64,000 nt of DNA from Desulfomicrobium sp. (lineage in GTDB: Bacteria > Desulfobacterota > Desulfovibrionia > Desulfovibrionales > Desulfomicrobiaceae), in assembly GCA_040768745.1 (NCBI GenBank), contig JAXGMI010000001.1, positions 512,001 to 576,000 of the forward strand, in the 5' to 3' direction. Both the position numbers and the translations under genes were made by a program. Positions 30,513 through 40,894 of this stretch are shown here, piece by piece; position 1 is the first letter of the stretch, and each line of letters starts with the position of its first letter. Under the pieces are notes generated by a model, which made no database searches, was not told the origin of the DNA, and was given only the letters and a program-made list of their open reading frames with translations.

Positions 30513-31646
30513 ATGAAAGCAATTCTGGCCCTCGAGGACGGCACCTGGTTCACGGGGCAGTCCTTCACCGGCCATGGCGAGGCAGGCGGAGAAGTCATTT
30601 TCAACACCGGCATGTCCGGCTACCAGGAGATTCTGACCGACCCTTCCTATTATGGCCAGATGGTCTGCATGACGTACCCCCTCATCGGCAACTACGGCGT
30701 CAATCTGGAGGATGTTGAATCGTCGCGCATCCATTGTCCGGCCCTCATCGTCAAGGAGTGCTGCAAGAAGCCCTCGAACTGGCGGGCCAAGGAAAGCCTG
30801 CCTGACTATCTGACCAGACATGGCGTCATGGGACTGGAAGGGATCGACACCCGCGCCCTGACCCGGCACCTGCGCATCCATGGGGCCATGCGCGGGATCA
30901 TTTCGACAACCGCGGTGCCTCCTGGGGACCTGGTGGCCAAGGCCAGGGCCCTGCCCTCCATGGAAGGGGCCAATCTGATCGACTTCGTGGCCCCCACGGA
31001 GCCGTACTATTGGACCGCAGCAGGCCCGGCCCCGGCGCACATGGACGGCGACATGCCGCTCTGGCCCGCGGGTGGCGGAGATTTCAGGGTCATTGTCTAT
31101 GACTATGGCATCAAGTGGAACATCCTGCGCTTGCTGAAAGCCCAGAATCTGGCCATCCTGGTCGTCCCCCCGAACTTTGCGGTGGAGGCTGTCAAAAAGC
31201 TGTCGCCGCACGGTATTTTCCTGTCCAACGGGCCCGGCGACCCGGCCACACTGACCGAGGCCGTCGCCATCATCAAGGAAATCTGCGAACTCTATCCCGT
31301 GGCTGGGATCTGCCTCGGTCATCAACTCCTGGGCATTGCCCTGGGCGGATCAAGCTTCAAACTCAAGTTCGGGCACCATGGCATCAACCATCCCGTCCGC
31401 GACGACATAACCGGAAAAATAGAGATTTCTTCACAAAACCATGGGTTCTGCGTCGACATTTCCCGCCTCGCCTTCCTGGAGCAAACCCACCTCAACCTGA
31501 ACGACCAGACCCTGGAAGGTTTCCGGCACCGGACAAAGCCCATTTTCAGTGTCCAGCACCATCCCGAGGCCGGGCCAGGCCCCCATGACAGCCAGTATTT
31601 CTTCGGCAGATTCCGACGCATGCTGGAGACGGGCCAGGTCCAGTAA
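30513..31646 (+). CDS. carA: Carbamoyl-phosphate synthase small subunit
   Basis: [39 protein letters not shown]. Confidence 0.97.
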   Translation: MKAILALEDGTWFTGQSFTGHGEAGGEVIFNTGMSGYQEILTDPSYYGQMVCMTYPLIGNYGVNLEDVESSRIHCPALIVKECCKKPSNWRAKESLPDYLTRHGVMGLEGIDTRALTRHLRIHGAMRGIISTTAVPPGDLVAKARALPSMEGANLIDFVAPTEPYYWTAAGPAPAHMDGDMPLWPAGGGDFRVIVYDYGIKWNILRLLKAQNLAILVVPPNFAVEAVKKLSPHGIFLSNGPGDPATLTEAVAIIKEICELYPVAGICLGHQLLGIALGGSSFKLKFGHHGINHPVRDDITGKIEISSQNHGFCVDISRLAFLEQTHLNLNDQTLEGFRHRTKPIFSVQHHPEAGPGPHDSQYFFGRFRRMLETGQVQ

Positions 31647-31673
31647 CAACCGCGATCCAGGCAGGGAGCGTCC

Positions 31674-32477
31674 ATGTCCGCAGATATTCTCAAGGCCAAA
31701 AAGCAGCTTGGGGAAATCAGCATGCTGCTCAAACAGGGGAAGCTCCTTGCCGCCGTGGCCACGCTGCACGAGGCCGTGAACTTCATCCTGACCGCGGCCC
31801 TCATGAAACATGAACTGCAGTCCTTCACCGAAGCCTTGGACAAGGCCGCGTATCTGCTGGTCAACGATCGCGGACTCAAGAAGATCTATCCCCTGCAGCT
31901 CCTCTACAAGCCCGGCCAGGAGAGGGAATTCTTCACCGCTCTGACCGACCTCTATGCCTTCCTGCAGGAAAATCTTGCCGACGAGGCCAATGCCCACCTG
32001 GCCGCCCTGGCCGAGTACCGGCGCAGACAATTGGAAACGGGCAGGAACTTCCTGCAAGGTGAGGAGACGGACAAGGCCCGCCAGATTTTCAGGCATCTCG
32101 TCGATGGGGCCCGCACCGATGCGGACCTGAAAGTCGCCATCGCCGATCTTTTCCTGCAATACGGGAAATACGACGACGCCCTGGAATATCTGATGTCGGC
32201 CCATGCGGACAACCCAGAATCAGCCCATGTCTTCAACAAGCTGGGTATGCTCCTGCGCAAATCCGGACGACTCCAGGAGGCTGAAAAGTTCTATATCCAG
32301 GCCCTGGAGCGCCAGACAGGGGATGAGTATATCCATTTCAATCTGGGTCGGGTCTACGTGGACATGAAGCGCTGGAAAAATGCCGTCGCCTCCGCTGACC
32401 GGGCCCTGGCCATCAACCCCGACTTTGTCGAGGCAAGGAAAATGAAACTGTTCGCCACAAAGCAGATGGGGGAATAG
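31674..32477 (+). CDS. TPR-repeat protein
   Basis: FNKLGMLLRK..AEKFY..HFNLGRVY..ALAINPDF TPR pattern. Confidence 0.88.
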   Translation: MSADILKAKKQLGEISMLLKQGKLLAAVATLHEAVNFILTAALMKHELQSFTEALDKAAYLLVNDRGLKKIYPLQLLYKPGQEREFFTALTDLYAFLQENLADEANAHLAALAEYRRRQLETGRNFLQGEETDKARQIFRHLVDGARTDADLKVAIADLFLQYGKYDDALEYLMSAHADNPESAHVFNKLGMLLRKSGRLQEAEKFYIQALERQTGDEYIHFNLGRVYVDMKRWKNAVASADRALAINPDFVEARKMKLFATKQMGE

Positions 32478-32625
32478 CGGAAAAATTTCCTATCATTTCA
32501 GTTCTATATATTCCGATAGCAACGCGCCACCAGCCCATTGCCGGGCGTCATGGCCTGTGATGAAACATCGATTTCAGGCAGGCCGTCTCCGCATATCCAA
32601 CAATCCCCGCCTTTTCCTCTTCTCT

Positions 32626-32641
32626 TGGCACGCTAGCTGCT
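32626..32641 (+). promoter_or_regulatory. Candidate sigma-54 promoter upstream of the large glycosyltransferase
   Basis: TGGCACGCTAGCTGCT = TGGCAC-N5-CTGC with correct GG-N10-GC spacing. Confidence 0.45.
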
Positions 32642-32895
32642 TTGCTTTGGACGCCGGCAAAAAACGGACTCAGCGTGGCTCCATGGTTTTGCCTGCAGGG
32701 GGAAAATGGACGTGAAAACACGTGAACGGGACTGGAGCAGATCCCGCTATCCCAGATGCAGTCCTGTTGCGAAGTCATCCTTCCTCCATCATCATCCATT
32801 CTCATTCCATATTGTGCATCTCTCAGCATAGTACACTTTCATTGTAGATTCTCGCATAGAATAACGTGAATTGAAATCATTCAAGAGAATACACC

Positions 32896-35800
32896 ATGAA
32901 CAGCATTGAAAATAGATGTTACGTTTGCGGAAATAATGATAATTTCCATACGCAAAATGGGTTCAGCTTGAGAGAGGCATGCTGTCTTGCTTGCGGAGCG
33001 AGTAGACGAACCAGCGATCTTGCCCGATGCATCATTCATGAATTCGGTGAACATGACTGCCTTTCACTTCGCCAATACATTCCATCCATACCCGAATTGA
33101 AAATCTATGAGGCCCAGGCAGATGGTGCTTTGCACAAGGTACTCATGGATCTTCCAGGGTATGTGTGCTCTGAATTCCTCGTCGGAGTAGCTCCTGGCGC
33201 CTTGTCCAAAGACGGTGTGCGATGCGAAAACCTCGAGGCGTTGACCTTCCCCGACAATTCCTTTGATCTTGTTGTCACACAGGATGTTTTTGAGCACATC
33301 GCCGAGCCGATTGTAGGGTTTCGGGAAATTGCCCGGGTGTTGCGGCCCGGCGGCAAGCATATCTTCACCGTGCCCGTTCACGAGGGACGCAAAACCGTTG
33401 TCCGGGTCGACACACAATCCGGAAAACCTGTCTTTTGTCTCCCCAAGGTGTATCACGGTGACCCCCTGCGCCCTTCAGGTTGTTTGGTCTACACGGATTT
33501 CGGGGACGACATCCCACAGATTCTTGGACCGTTGGGATATGTTACGAAATCTGTCTCCTACGAAAGATTCTACACACCATCTGAAATTCCATCCGTCATG
33601 GACGAAGCATCCTGGAAACGTTATGAAGAATTGAGAAATAACGGGGAACAACGCAAATTTTTTATGTACAACTCTGTCGTTTTTGTATCAAAAATTGAAA
33701 AGAATAAACTTCATTTTTCAGATTTTCGCATTGAATTCACGCATCATACGGATAAATATCAAATTTTAGGCACTGATGAAATTCAAAATATTGCAAAAAT
33801 GCAATGGGATATTCAATTACTACGCGGAGAAGGGATCCGCCTGCATGGCAAACAGACATTGGCAGTAGACGCCACGCTATCGTGTCATGGCAGAACAGTT
33901 GGCGTCATCATGATGACGGAAGTCCAGGCCGGCAATGAAGTCGTGTTCCGCTTTCCGACCCTTGTTGCTCAAGCCGGCGACAGCTTTGCCTTGGCTCTGG
34001 CAGGAGCCATGGCGGAAGCCCTCGGTCGATCATGCACGAACAGCGCTCTCCCTCCCCGTTTTTTGATTGATGCCGCTGGAGTCTCGCTTTCATCCGACGG
34101 ACCCGCTGAGAGGGTTCTGCCTGGCCAGTCTCCATGGGGAACTTTGCTCGCGCACATCCGGCGTTATCAGTTTGCCGAAACCATGGCTCGTGGCGTGGAG
34201 CGGGGACTCGATCTTGGCTGCGGAGTTGGCTACGGCCTGGGGCTGATGTCATGCCTGCACGGGACGGGAGTGGACGTTTCCCCTGAAGCGCTGGCCTGGG
34301 CCAGAGGTGTGTACCAGTCGGACAATCGGAATTTTGTTCATGCCCCCATCGAGGCGGCCGCTGATGCGGATGGCTTGACCGGGCGCTATGGTGTAGTAAC
34401 GGCCTTTGAGATCTTGGAGCATCTTCAGGACCATGCGCCACTCATGGACCTTGCCAGGGAACGAATGACCGATGACGGCGTGTTCATCGTGTCAGTGCCC
34501 TGTCCAGAGTTGCACGGCAAAGAGCTCAACCCGTACCACAAACGCAACTTCACCCCGGATCATTTCAAGCTCATCCTGCGCGATGCCTTCCAACAGGTCG
34601 AATTTTACCATCAAGGCCGGGACATCCACGGCGACGTGGTAGATCGCTACCACGTCCATGAAGGCCTGCCGGCTGAAGCGGAGTTTTGGCTGGCCGTGTG
34701 CCACCGACCCAGGCCACGGCGCAGGCAGCCAAAAGTGAGCATCGTCATCCCCCTCTTCAACAGGTTCGACTATACCCTGCAGGCGTTGATCGCCATCGCG
34801 AAGAACACGCCGGAAGAGGCCGACTACGAAGTCGTGCTGGTTGACAACGCCAGCTCCGATGAGACGCCCAGGGCCCTCCGGAAATTGAGCGGAGATGTCG
34901 TTCTCCATCGAAACAGTGAAAACCTGGGCTTCGCAAAGGCCTCGAACCAGGGGGCGCTGCTTGCCAGGGGCGAGTACGTGGTCTTTCTGAACAACGATAC
35001 CGAGGTGCGCCCAGGATGGCTGCAGGCGCTTGTCGAAGAACTGGACTCGAATCCAGCCGCGGGTATAGTCGGCGGCCGCCTCCTGTACCCTGATGGGACA
35101 GTACAGCACGCCGGAGTCGCCATCGGCAGAGACATGGTGCCAATCCACGTGCACCGGGGACTTCCCGCGGATCACGAACTTGTCATGGAGCGACGGACCT
35201 ACCCCATTGTGACTGCAGCCTGCGCCGCAGTCCGGCGACAGGAATTCTATGCACTGGGCATGTTTGATGAAGAATTTATCAACGGACACGAGGACATTGA
35301 CCTCTGCCTCCGATACCGCGCGCAAGGCAAAGAGGTCGTGTACCGTCCCGATTGCATGGTCATCCATCACGAAAGTGTGAGTGAAGGGCGGATGGCCTCC
35401 CGGCCGCACAACCTGGCCCGGACCATGCGAAAATGGCGTTACAGCCTCCTCCAGGATGACTTCCTGTTCTGTTGCACCGCCGCCTCGCGGGGCAACCCTG
35501 CAAAAGCATTACGGTTCGCCATAAAAATCGGACCTCCGGACAGGTCGCAAACCAATTGGGGTGATACCTACTTTGCCGAGAGCCTGGCCCGGGCCATGAT
35601 CCGCCGGGGGCATGCATGCCGGATTGACTATCTCAACGAGTGGGGCCGCGAGGATCTCGATATCGATGTCGTCATCCATTTGAAGGGCCTCTCCGAATAC
35701 CATCCCAAGCCGTACAACATGAACATCCTGTGGATGCTCAACCATCCGTCGCGGCATACGGCAGAAGAACTCTCCCGCTACGACGCAGTCCTGGTTGCGT

Positions 35801-37644
35801 CCACCACCCATGCCGATAGGCTCAAGGACGAACTGCCCGTTCCCGTGTATGCATTTCTGCAGGCCACTGATGACGAGCATTTCCGTCCCCTCCCTGAAAA
35901 GAAGTGTTTCGATCTTGTTTTTGTCGGCAACAACAGGGGAGTCGGCAGGCTGAAAATGCGCCAAATAATCGCCGACCTCCTGCCCACCACCTATTCCTTG
36001 GCCGTCTGGGGGGATGGGTGGGCAGGCCTGCTCCCGGAAGGTGTCTGGCAAGGCAAATTTGTCCCCTGGGAGGAACTCCCGCGTGTTTATGCCCAGGGAC
36101 GAGTGGTGCTCAATGATCATCAGCCGGAGATGCGCGAGTCCGGGTTCATCAATAACCGCACCTATGACGCCATTGCCTCCGGGGCCCTCGTGCTTTCCGA
36201 CTACGTCCAGGGCATGGAGGATGTGCTCCCCGTCCGCTTTTATACCAACCCAGCAGACCTCCGCCGCGCGCTGAAAGAGCTGCTCAAAAACAGAAACAAA
36301 ACGGAGAAGGCAGCTTCTGCGCTGCGGGAGAAGGTCCTCGCCTCATTCACTTTCGACCACCGGGTTGCAGAGCTTCTGGACATTGTCGAATCGAACCGGA
36401 CCGAACCGGTTGTTCAGAGAATCAAATCCTCAAAACGGCGCGCCCTGGATCCTCCGTCAGCCGAACAGCCCTTGGTGTCTGTGCTCATGAGCACCCACAA
36501 CCGCCGCGAATTTCTTCCTGCCGCCATTGCATCCGTTCAGGCCCAAACCTATCAAAACTGGGAACTCGTCCTTGTCCGCGATGGCGGCGCCCCGGTGAGT
36601 GACATTGTGCACCGGGCCAATGATGCGCGCATACGACTGATCGACATGGCAGATCGGCGAGGCAAAGGGCACGCCATCAACCGCGCCTTCCGGGAGTCCA
36701 GAGGCCAGTTCATCGCCTATCTCGATGACGACGACATCTTCCATCCCATTCATCTGGAAAAACTCCTGTTTTTTCTGAAAAATGTGCCCTCTGTCCGGAT
36801 GGTGGTTTCGAACACCGAGAAAGTGACCCTTGAGGAAAACGAGCGCGGTGAATTCCGCGAGGTCAAGCGGGAGCTTATCTATCACCGGCAAATCAATCTG
36901 GGCGACCTGCTTGAAAGGAACCAGATCACCTGGCTGTCCGTCATGCACGATCGCGGACTCTTTGCCCAGGCAGGAGGGCTGGACGAAACCCTTTCCGCAC
37001 TTCTGGATTTCGACCTGTGGCGCAGGATGGTATCCCTGACGTACCCCTACCATGTCTCCTCGACGACGGCTGAATACTACCTGCGCAAATGTCCCGCTAT
37101 CTCGGGGAGGGGACAGATCACCCGCATGGCGGAATCCGACCCGCCCAGATATCTGGCAAATCGGCTTCGAGTCCTGAGCAAGCGGCTTCCAATCCCGCAC
37201 GATTCACCCATATGGCCCACGTGGGAACGACTCAGAAATGAAGCGCGGCACGAGTTTCTGCTTGCCCGTGGCAGGAAGTTCAAAGCCGAGGGGAATCTTG
37301 CCCGGTGCAGAAGCGCGTATACGTTGGCCGCACGCCTGAAGGGCAATCCCCCAGTGGCCTGGAGGGAGCTGGGGCTGGCAGAGTTGGAGGCAGGGAACCA
37401 TCTCAAGGCCGCGACCGCCTTCATGCACTGCCTGAATGCCCCAACCGGCCGGGATGTATCTGATTATCTCTATGCGGCATTGGCCTGCCTTGAGCTGGGC
37501 AGGGGCGGCGATGCCCTGATCTGCCTGGCCCGATTGGAGGGGGAATATCGTATTAATGAAAAGGTGGGCAAGATCGTGGCTGAATACCGCAAACGTGCCG
37601 CAGGCGTGCTCAATCCCGCTATGCAACTCCGAAGAACAGCCTGA
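32896..37644 (+). CDS. Multidomain SAM-methyltransferase / glycosyltransferase / TPR fusion (1582 aa)
   Basis: MTase1 (FPDNSFDLVVTQDVFEH), MTase2 (DLGCGVGYG, FEILEH), GT2 (VSIVIPLFN, FLNND), CgeB-like GT (NDHQPEM..NNRTYDA), GT2 (VSVLMSTHNR, YLDDDD), C-terminal TPR-like helices. Confidence 0.88.
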   Translation: MNSIENRCYVCGNNDNFHTQNGFSLREACCLACGASRRTSDLARCIIHEFGEHDCLSLRQYIPSIPELKIYEAQADGALHKVLMDLPGYVCSEFLVGVAPGALSKDGVRCENLEALTFPDNSFDLVVTQDVFEHIAEPIVGFREIARVLRPGGKHIFTVPVHEGRKTVVRVDTQSGKPVFCLPKVYHGDPLRPSGCLVYTDFGDDIPQILGPLGYVTKSVSYERFYTPSEIPSVMDEASWKRYEELRNNGEQRKFFMYNSVVFVSKIEKNKLHFSDFRIEFTHHTDKYQILGTDEIQNIAKMQWDIQLLRGEGIRLHGKQTLAVDATLSCHGRTVGVIMMTEVQAGNEVVFRFPTLVAQAGDSFALALAGAMAEALGRSCTNSALPPRFLIDAAGVSLSSDGPAERVLPGQSPWGTLLAHIRRYQFAETMARGVERGLDLGCGVGYGLGLMSCLHGTGVDVSPEALAWARGVYQSDNRNFVHAPIEAAADADGLTGRYGVVTAFEILEHLQDHAPLMDLARERMTDDGVFIVSVPCPELHGKELNPYHKRNFTPDHFKLILRDAFQQVEFYHQGRDIHGDVVDRYHVHEGLPAEAEFWLAVCHRPRPRRRQPKVSIVIPLFNRFDYTLQALIAIAKNTPEEADYEVVLVDNASSDETPRALRKLSGDVVLHRNSENLGFAKASNQGALLARGEYVVFLNNDTEVRPGWLQALVEELDSNPAAGIVGGRLLYPDGTVQHAGVAIGRDMVPIHVHRGLPADHELVMERRTYPIVTAACAAVRRQEFYALGMFDEEFINGHEDIDLCLRYRAQGKEVVYRPDCMVIHHESVSEGRMASRPHNLARTMRKWRYSLLQDDFLFCCTAASRGNPAKALRFAIKIGPPDRSQTNWGDTYFAESLARAMIRRGHACRIDYLNEWGREDLDIDVVIHLKGLSEYHPKPYNMNILWMLNHPSRHTAEELSRYDAVLVASTTHADRLKDELPVPVYAFLQATDDEHFRPLPEKKCFDLVFVGNNRGVGRLKMRQIIADLLPTTYSLAVWGDGWAGLLPEGVWQGKFVPWEELPRVYAQGRVVLNDHQPEMRESGFINNRTYDAIASGALVLSDYVQGMEDVLPVRFYTNPADLRRALKELLKNRNKTEKAASALREKVLASFTFDHRVAELLDIVESNRTEPVVQRIKSSKRRALDPPSAEQPLVSVLMSTHNRREFLPAAIASVQAQTYQNWELVLVRDGGAPVSDIVHRANDARIRLIDMADRRGKGHAINRAFRESRGQFIAYLDDDDIFHPIHLEKLLFFLKNVPSVRMVVSNTEKVTLEENERGEFREVKRELIYHRQINLGDLLERNQITWLSVMHDRGLFAQAGGLDETLSALLDFDLWRRMVSLTYPYHVSSTTAEYYLRKCPAISGRGQITRMAESDPPRYLANRLRVLSKRLPIPHDSPIWPTWERLRNEARHEFLLARGRKFKAEGNLARCRSAYTLAARLKGNPPVAWRELGLAELEAGNHLKAATAFMHCLNAPTGRDVSDYLYAALACLELGRGGDALICLARLEGEYRINEKVGKIVAEYRKRAAGVLNPAMQLRRTA

Positions 37645-37692
37645 TCCAGGACGTCCGGAAGGGTGCGCGGTCCGACGCTGCCCCCACGCCGC

Positions 37693-38895
37693 TCACTCGT
37701 GGCGCAAGGCGTCGATGGGGTTCAGCCCTGCGGCCCGGCGGGCCGGAAAATAGCCGAAGATGACGCCGATGGCCGCGGAAAAGAGAAAGGAAAGCAGGTT
37801 GATACCCAGATCGAAGAGATAGGGGATGTCCATCAGGCCGGCCAGGGAAATGGAGGCCGCGGTGGCCAGGGCGATGCCGACCAGACCTCCGAGACTGGAG
37901 AGGACAACGGCTTCGATCAGGAACTGCAGCAGCACTTCCCGTTCCAGGGCGCCAATGGCCAGTCGGATGCCGATTTCGCGGGTCCGCTCGGTGACCGAAA
38001 CCAGCATGATGTTCATGATGCCGATGCCGCCCACGAGCAGACTGACCGCGGCCACGGCGCCGAGGAGCATGGTCAGGATTTTGGTCGTGCTGGTCAAGGC
38101 CTCGGCGATCTGTCTGGTGTCCATGACGCGGAAATCGTCGTCTTCGTTGTCACCAATGTTGCGCCGTTCCCGCAGCAGCCGGGACAACTGGTCCTTGACC
38201 GTGTCGATGGAGGCTCCCTCCTTCACAGAAATCGTCATCCGGCCAATGTCCTGGTTCCCGGCAATGCGGCGCTGCACCGTACGCAGCGGCATGACCACCG
38301 TGTCGTCCTGGTCCTGTCCCATGGACGCCTGGCCTTTGGCTCTCAGCAGGCCGATGACCTCGCAGGAGAACTGCTTGATGCGGATCTGGCTGCCCACCGG
38401 ATTCTGACGGCCGAAAAGCTTCTCCCGCACCGTCTCGCCGATGACGCAAACGGCCTTCCCTGAACGTTCCTCGACTTCGGTAAAGTTGCGGCCCGAGGCG
38501 ATTTCCCAATTGCCAGCCTCGAAATACTCGTTCGAACTGCCGGTTACAGCCGTGGCCCAGTTGTTGGCCTGGTACACGGCAGTCGCGGACTTGCTCACAA
38601 CCGGCGCCACAGCTCTCGCGGCAGTGATCTGGTGGCGCACAGCATCGACATCGGCGATCCTGAAGGGCGCCCCCGGCACAGCCCCCGGGCCGAAGCGTTG
38701 GCCCGGCAAAACCATCAGCAGGTTGCTGCCCATGCTGGAAATCTGATCGGCCACGGACTTTGTGGCGCCGTTGCCCAGGGTGACCATGGTGATAACGGCG
38801 GCCACACCGATGACAATGCCGAGGATGGTCAGACAGGATCGCATCAGGTTGCGCCGAATGGAACGCAGGGCAAGCAGCAAAGTGTTCCAGAGCAT
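37693..38895 (-). CDS. MacB-family ABC permease
   Basis: LTILGIVIGVAAV, VGGIGIMNIMLVSVTERTREIGIR, PARRAA.LNPIDALR. Confidence 0.95.
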   Translation of the reverse strand: MLWNTLLLALRSIRRNLMRSCLTILGIVIGVAAVITMVTLGNGATKSVADQISSMGSNLLMVLPGQRFGPGAVPGAPFRIADVDAVRHQITAARAVAPVVSKSATAVYQANNWATAVTGSSNEYFEAGNWEIASGRNFTEVEERSGKAVCVIGETVREKLFGRQNPVGSQIRIKQFSCEVIGLLRAKGQASMGQDQDDTVVMPLRTVQRRIAGNQDIGRMTISVKEGASIDTVKDQLSRLLRERRNIGDNEDDDFRVMDTRQIAEALTSTTKILTMLLGAVAAVSLLVGGIGIMNIMLVSVTERTREIGIRLAIGALEREVLLQFLIEAVVLSSLGGLVGIALATAASISLAGLMDIPYLFDLGINLLSFLFSAAIGVIFGYFPARRAAGLNPIDALRHE

Positions 38896-39602
38896 CAGAC
38901 TCCCTCTCCATCGTTGCGGCGGTCGCTCTCCACGCGGCCGTCGACAAAGCGGATGACCCTCCTGGCATATTCAGCCATATCGGGTTCGTGGGTGACCATG
39001 AGCACGGTGATGCCCAGCTCATGGTTGAGGGTCTGAATCAAGTCCATGATGTCCTGACTGGAACGCGTGTCGAGATTTCCCGTGGGTTCGTCCGCGAGCA
39101 GCACATGGGGTCGGGTGACAATGGCGCGGGCAATGGCCACCCGCTGCTGCTGACCTCCGGACAACTCGCCCGGGGTGTGGTGCTCCCAATCTTCCAGGCC
39201 GACCTGCCTGAGCGCCGCGCGTGCCGCGGCATGGCGATGGGCTGTGGGCTGGCCACGATAAATCAGCGGCAATTCAACGTTTTCCAGCGCTGTGGTGCGC
39301 GCCAGAAGGTTGAACCCCTGGAACACGAAACCGAGATAGTTGCGCCTGAGCAGCGCCCGCCCATTGCGTGTCAACTGCTCGACCCGGATGCCCTCGAATT
39401 CGTAGCTCCCGCTGGTAGGCGTATCCAGGCAGCCAAGGATGTTCATGACTGTGGACTTGCCCGAGCCGCTGGGTCCCATGATGGCCACAAAATCACCCGC
39501 CTCGATGGCGAGGTCGATGCCCCTCAATGCCTGGAAGGCGACATTTCCGCTGCCGTAGGTCTTGGTGATACCCGACATCCGGATGAGGGCCGCATCGCTC
39601 AT
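38895..39602 (-). CDS. MacB/LolD-type ABC ATP-binding protein
   Basis: GPSGSGKST, GFVFQGFNL, LSGGQQQR, LADEPTGNLD. Confidence 0.95.
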   Translation of the reverse strand: MSDAALIRMSGITKTYGSGNVAFQALRGIDLAIEAGDFVAIMGPSGSGKSTVMNILGCLDTPTSGSYEFEGIRVEQLTRNGRALLRRNYLGFVFQGFNLLARTTALENVELPLIYRGQPTAHRHAAARAALRQVGLEDWEHHTPGELSGGQQQRVAIARAIVTRPHVLLADEPTGNLDTRSSQDIMDLIQTLNHELGITVLMVTHEPDMAEYARRVIRFVDGRVESDRRNDGEGV

Positions 39603-40894
39603 GGCTGGGCTCTCAGGGCCTCGGTGATGACCTGCATGCCGGCCTTGAGCTCCCCGTCCGTGATCTCAGTCATGCGGCCGTTGGTGGCCCCTGTCCGCAC
39701 ATCGATGGCGACGGGCTGGCTTTCCTGCAGCACCCATACGCGCGAAGCGACGCTGTTTCCGGTCACTCGGACCTTCTTTTCCTGTCTCGGCATGCGGGGC
39801 AACAGGGTGCCGACGACACTGGTGCCTGGTTTTTTTTCACCCTCATCGCCCAGGGCCGGAGTGAAACGCAGTGCAGCATTGGGGACCAGAAGGGCATCCT
39901 CCCGCGTCAGGGTGGTGATCTCGGCGGTGCCGGTCATGCCTGGACGAAGACTGAGATCAGTGTTGTCCACATCAAGCACCGTGCGGTAGGAAATCACCCC
40001 GCCCGATTCCTGGGATCCGAAGCCAACCCGGGTGATGACGGCGGTGTACTCGCGGCCGGGCCAGGCATCCACGGTGAATGTAGCGTTCTGACCCTCCTTC
40101 ACCTGCCCGACATCGGCCTCGTCCACGTCAACCTGCAGTTCCATCTTGGTCAGATCTTCGGCCAGCTTGAACAGCACCGGTGCCTGGAAGGAAGCTGCCA
40201 CGGTCTGGCCCGGATCCACCTCGCGCGACAGCACCACGCCATTGATGGGGGAACGGATGCTGGCTTTGTACAGATTGGTCTCGTCGGACTGCAGCGCGGC
40301 TTTTGCCTGAATAACGCTTGCATGCGCGCTTGCCTCATTGGCCTTGGCCCGCTTCAGGTTGGCCTCTGCCGTGTCCATCTCAGCCTTGGACGGGACCTTG
40401 CCTCCGGAAAGCTGGGAAACGTGGCGGTAACGAGCCAGCACGGCATGCACTTCGGACACGGTGGCCTGGGACTGCAACACCTGCGCCTCGGCCGCCGCAA
40501 GCAGGGCGCGCGACTTTGCCACCGTGTCCTGAAGCTTGGACAGATCCAGCCGCGCCAGCACCTGGCCCTTTGTGACTTGGTCGTTGTCATCCACAAAGAC
40601 CTTGTCGACGATTCCGGACAGTTCACTGCCAACATCCACTGTATTGGTCGGCTGCAGATTGCCGGTGGCCGAGACCCTGACCACCAGAGTGCCGCGTGCG
40701 GCGGCTTCGGTCGTGTAGCGTGGGGCCGATTTCTCGTTGCCGGAACGCAGCCACAACCAAACCGAGACCCCCACCACCATCAGCGCTCCGGCTAGCCAGA
40801 CCCATAGCCATGGGAATCGTTTGGCGGATTGGGTTTCCAGGAGGTCCTTGAGTTGCATGTCCTGCTTGGCCCGGGAAAAGTTGGCGTCATTCAT
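39599..40894 (-). CDS. MacA-like efflux membrane fusion protein
   Basis: N-terminal TM, VGSELSG, IRSPINGVV, GQTVAAS, VDEADVG. Confidence 0.93.
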   Translation of the reverse strand: MNDANFSRAKQDMQLKDLLETQSAKRFPWLWVWLAGALMVVGVSVWLWLRSGNEKSAPRYTTEAAARGTLVVRVSATGNLQPTNTVDVGSELSGIVDKVFVDDNDQVTKGQVLARLDLSKLQDTVAKSRALLAAAEAQVLQSQATVSEVHAVLARYRHVSQLSGGKVPSKAEMDTAEANLKRAKANEASAHASVIQAKAALQSDETNLYKASIRSPINGVVLSREVDPGQTVAASFQAPVLFKLAEDLTKMELQVDVDEADVGQVKEGQNATFTVDAWPGREYTAVITRVGFGSQESGGVISYRTVLDVDNTDLSLRPGMTGTAEITTLTREDALLVPNAALRFTPALGDEGEKKPGTSVVGTLLPRMPRQEKKVRVTGNSVASRVWVLQESQPVAIDVRTGATNGRMTEITDGELKAGMQVITEALRAQP

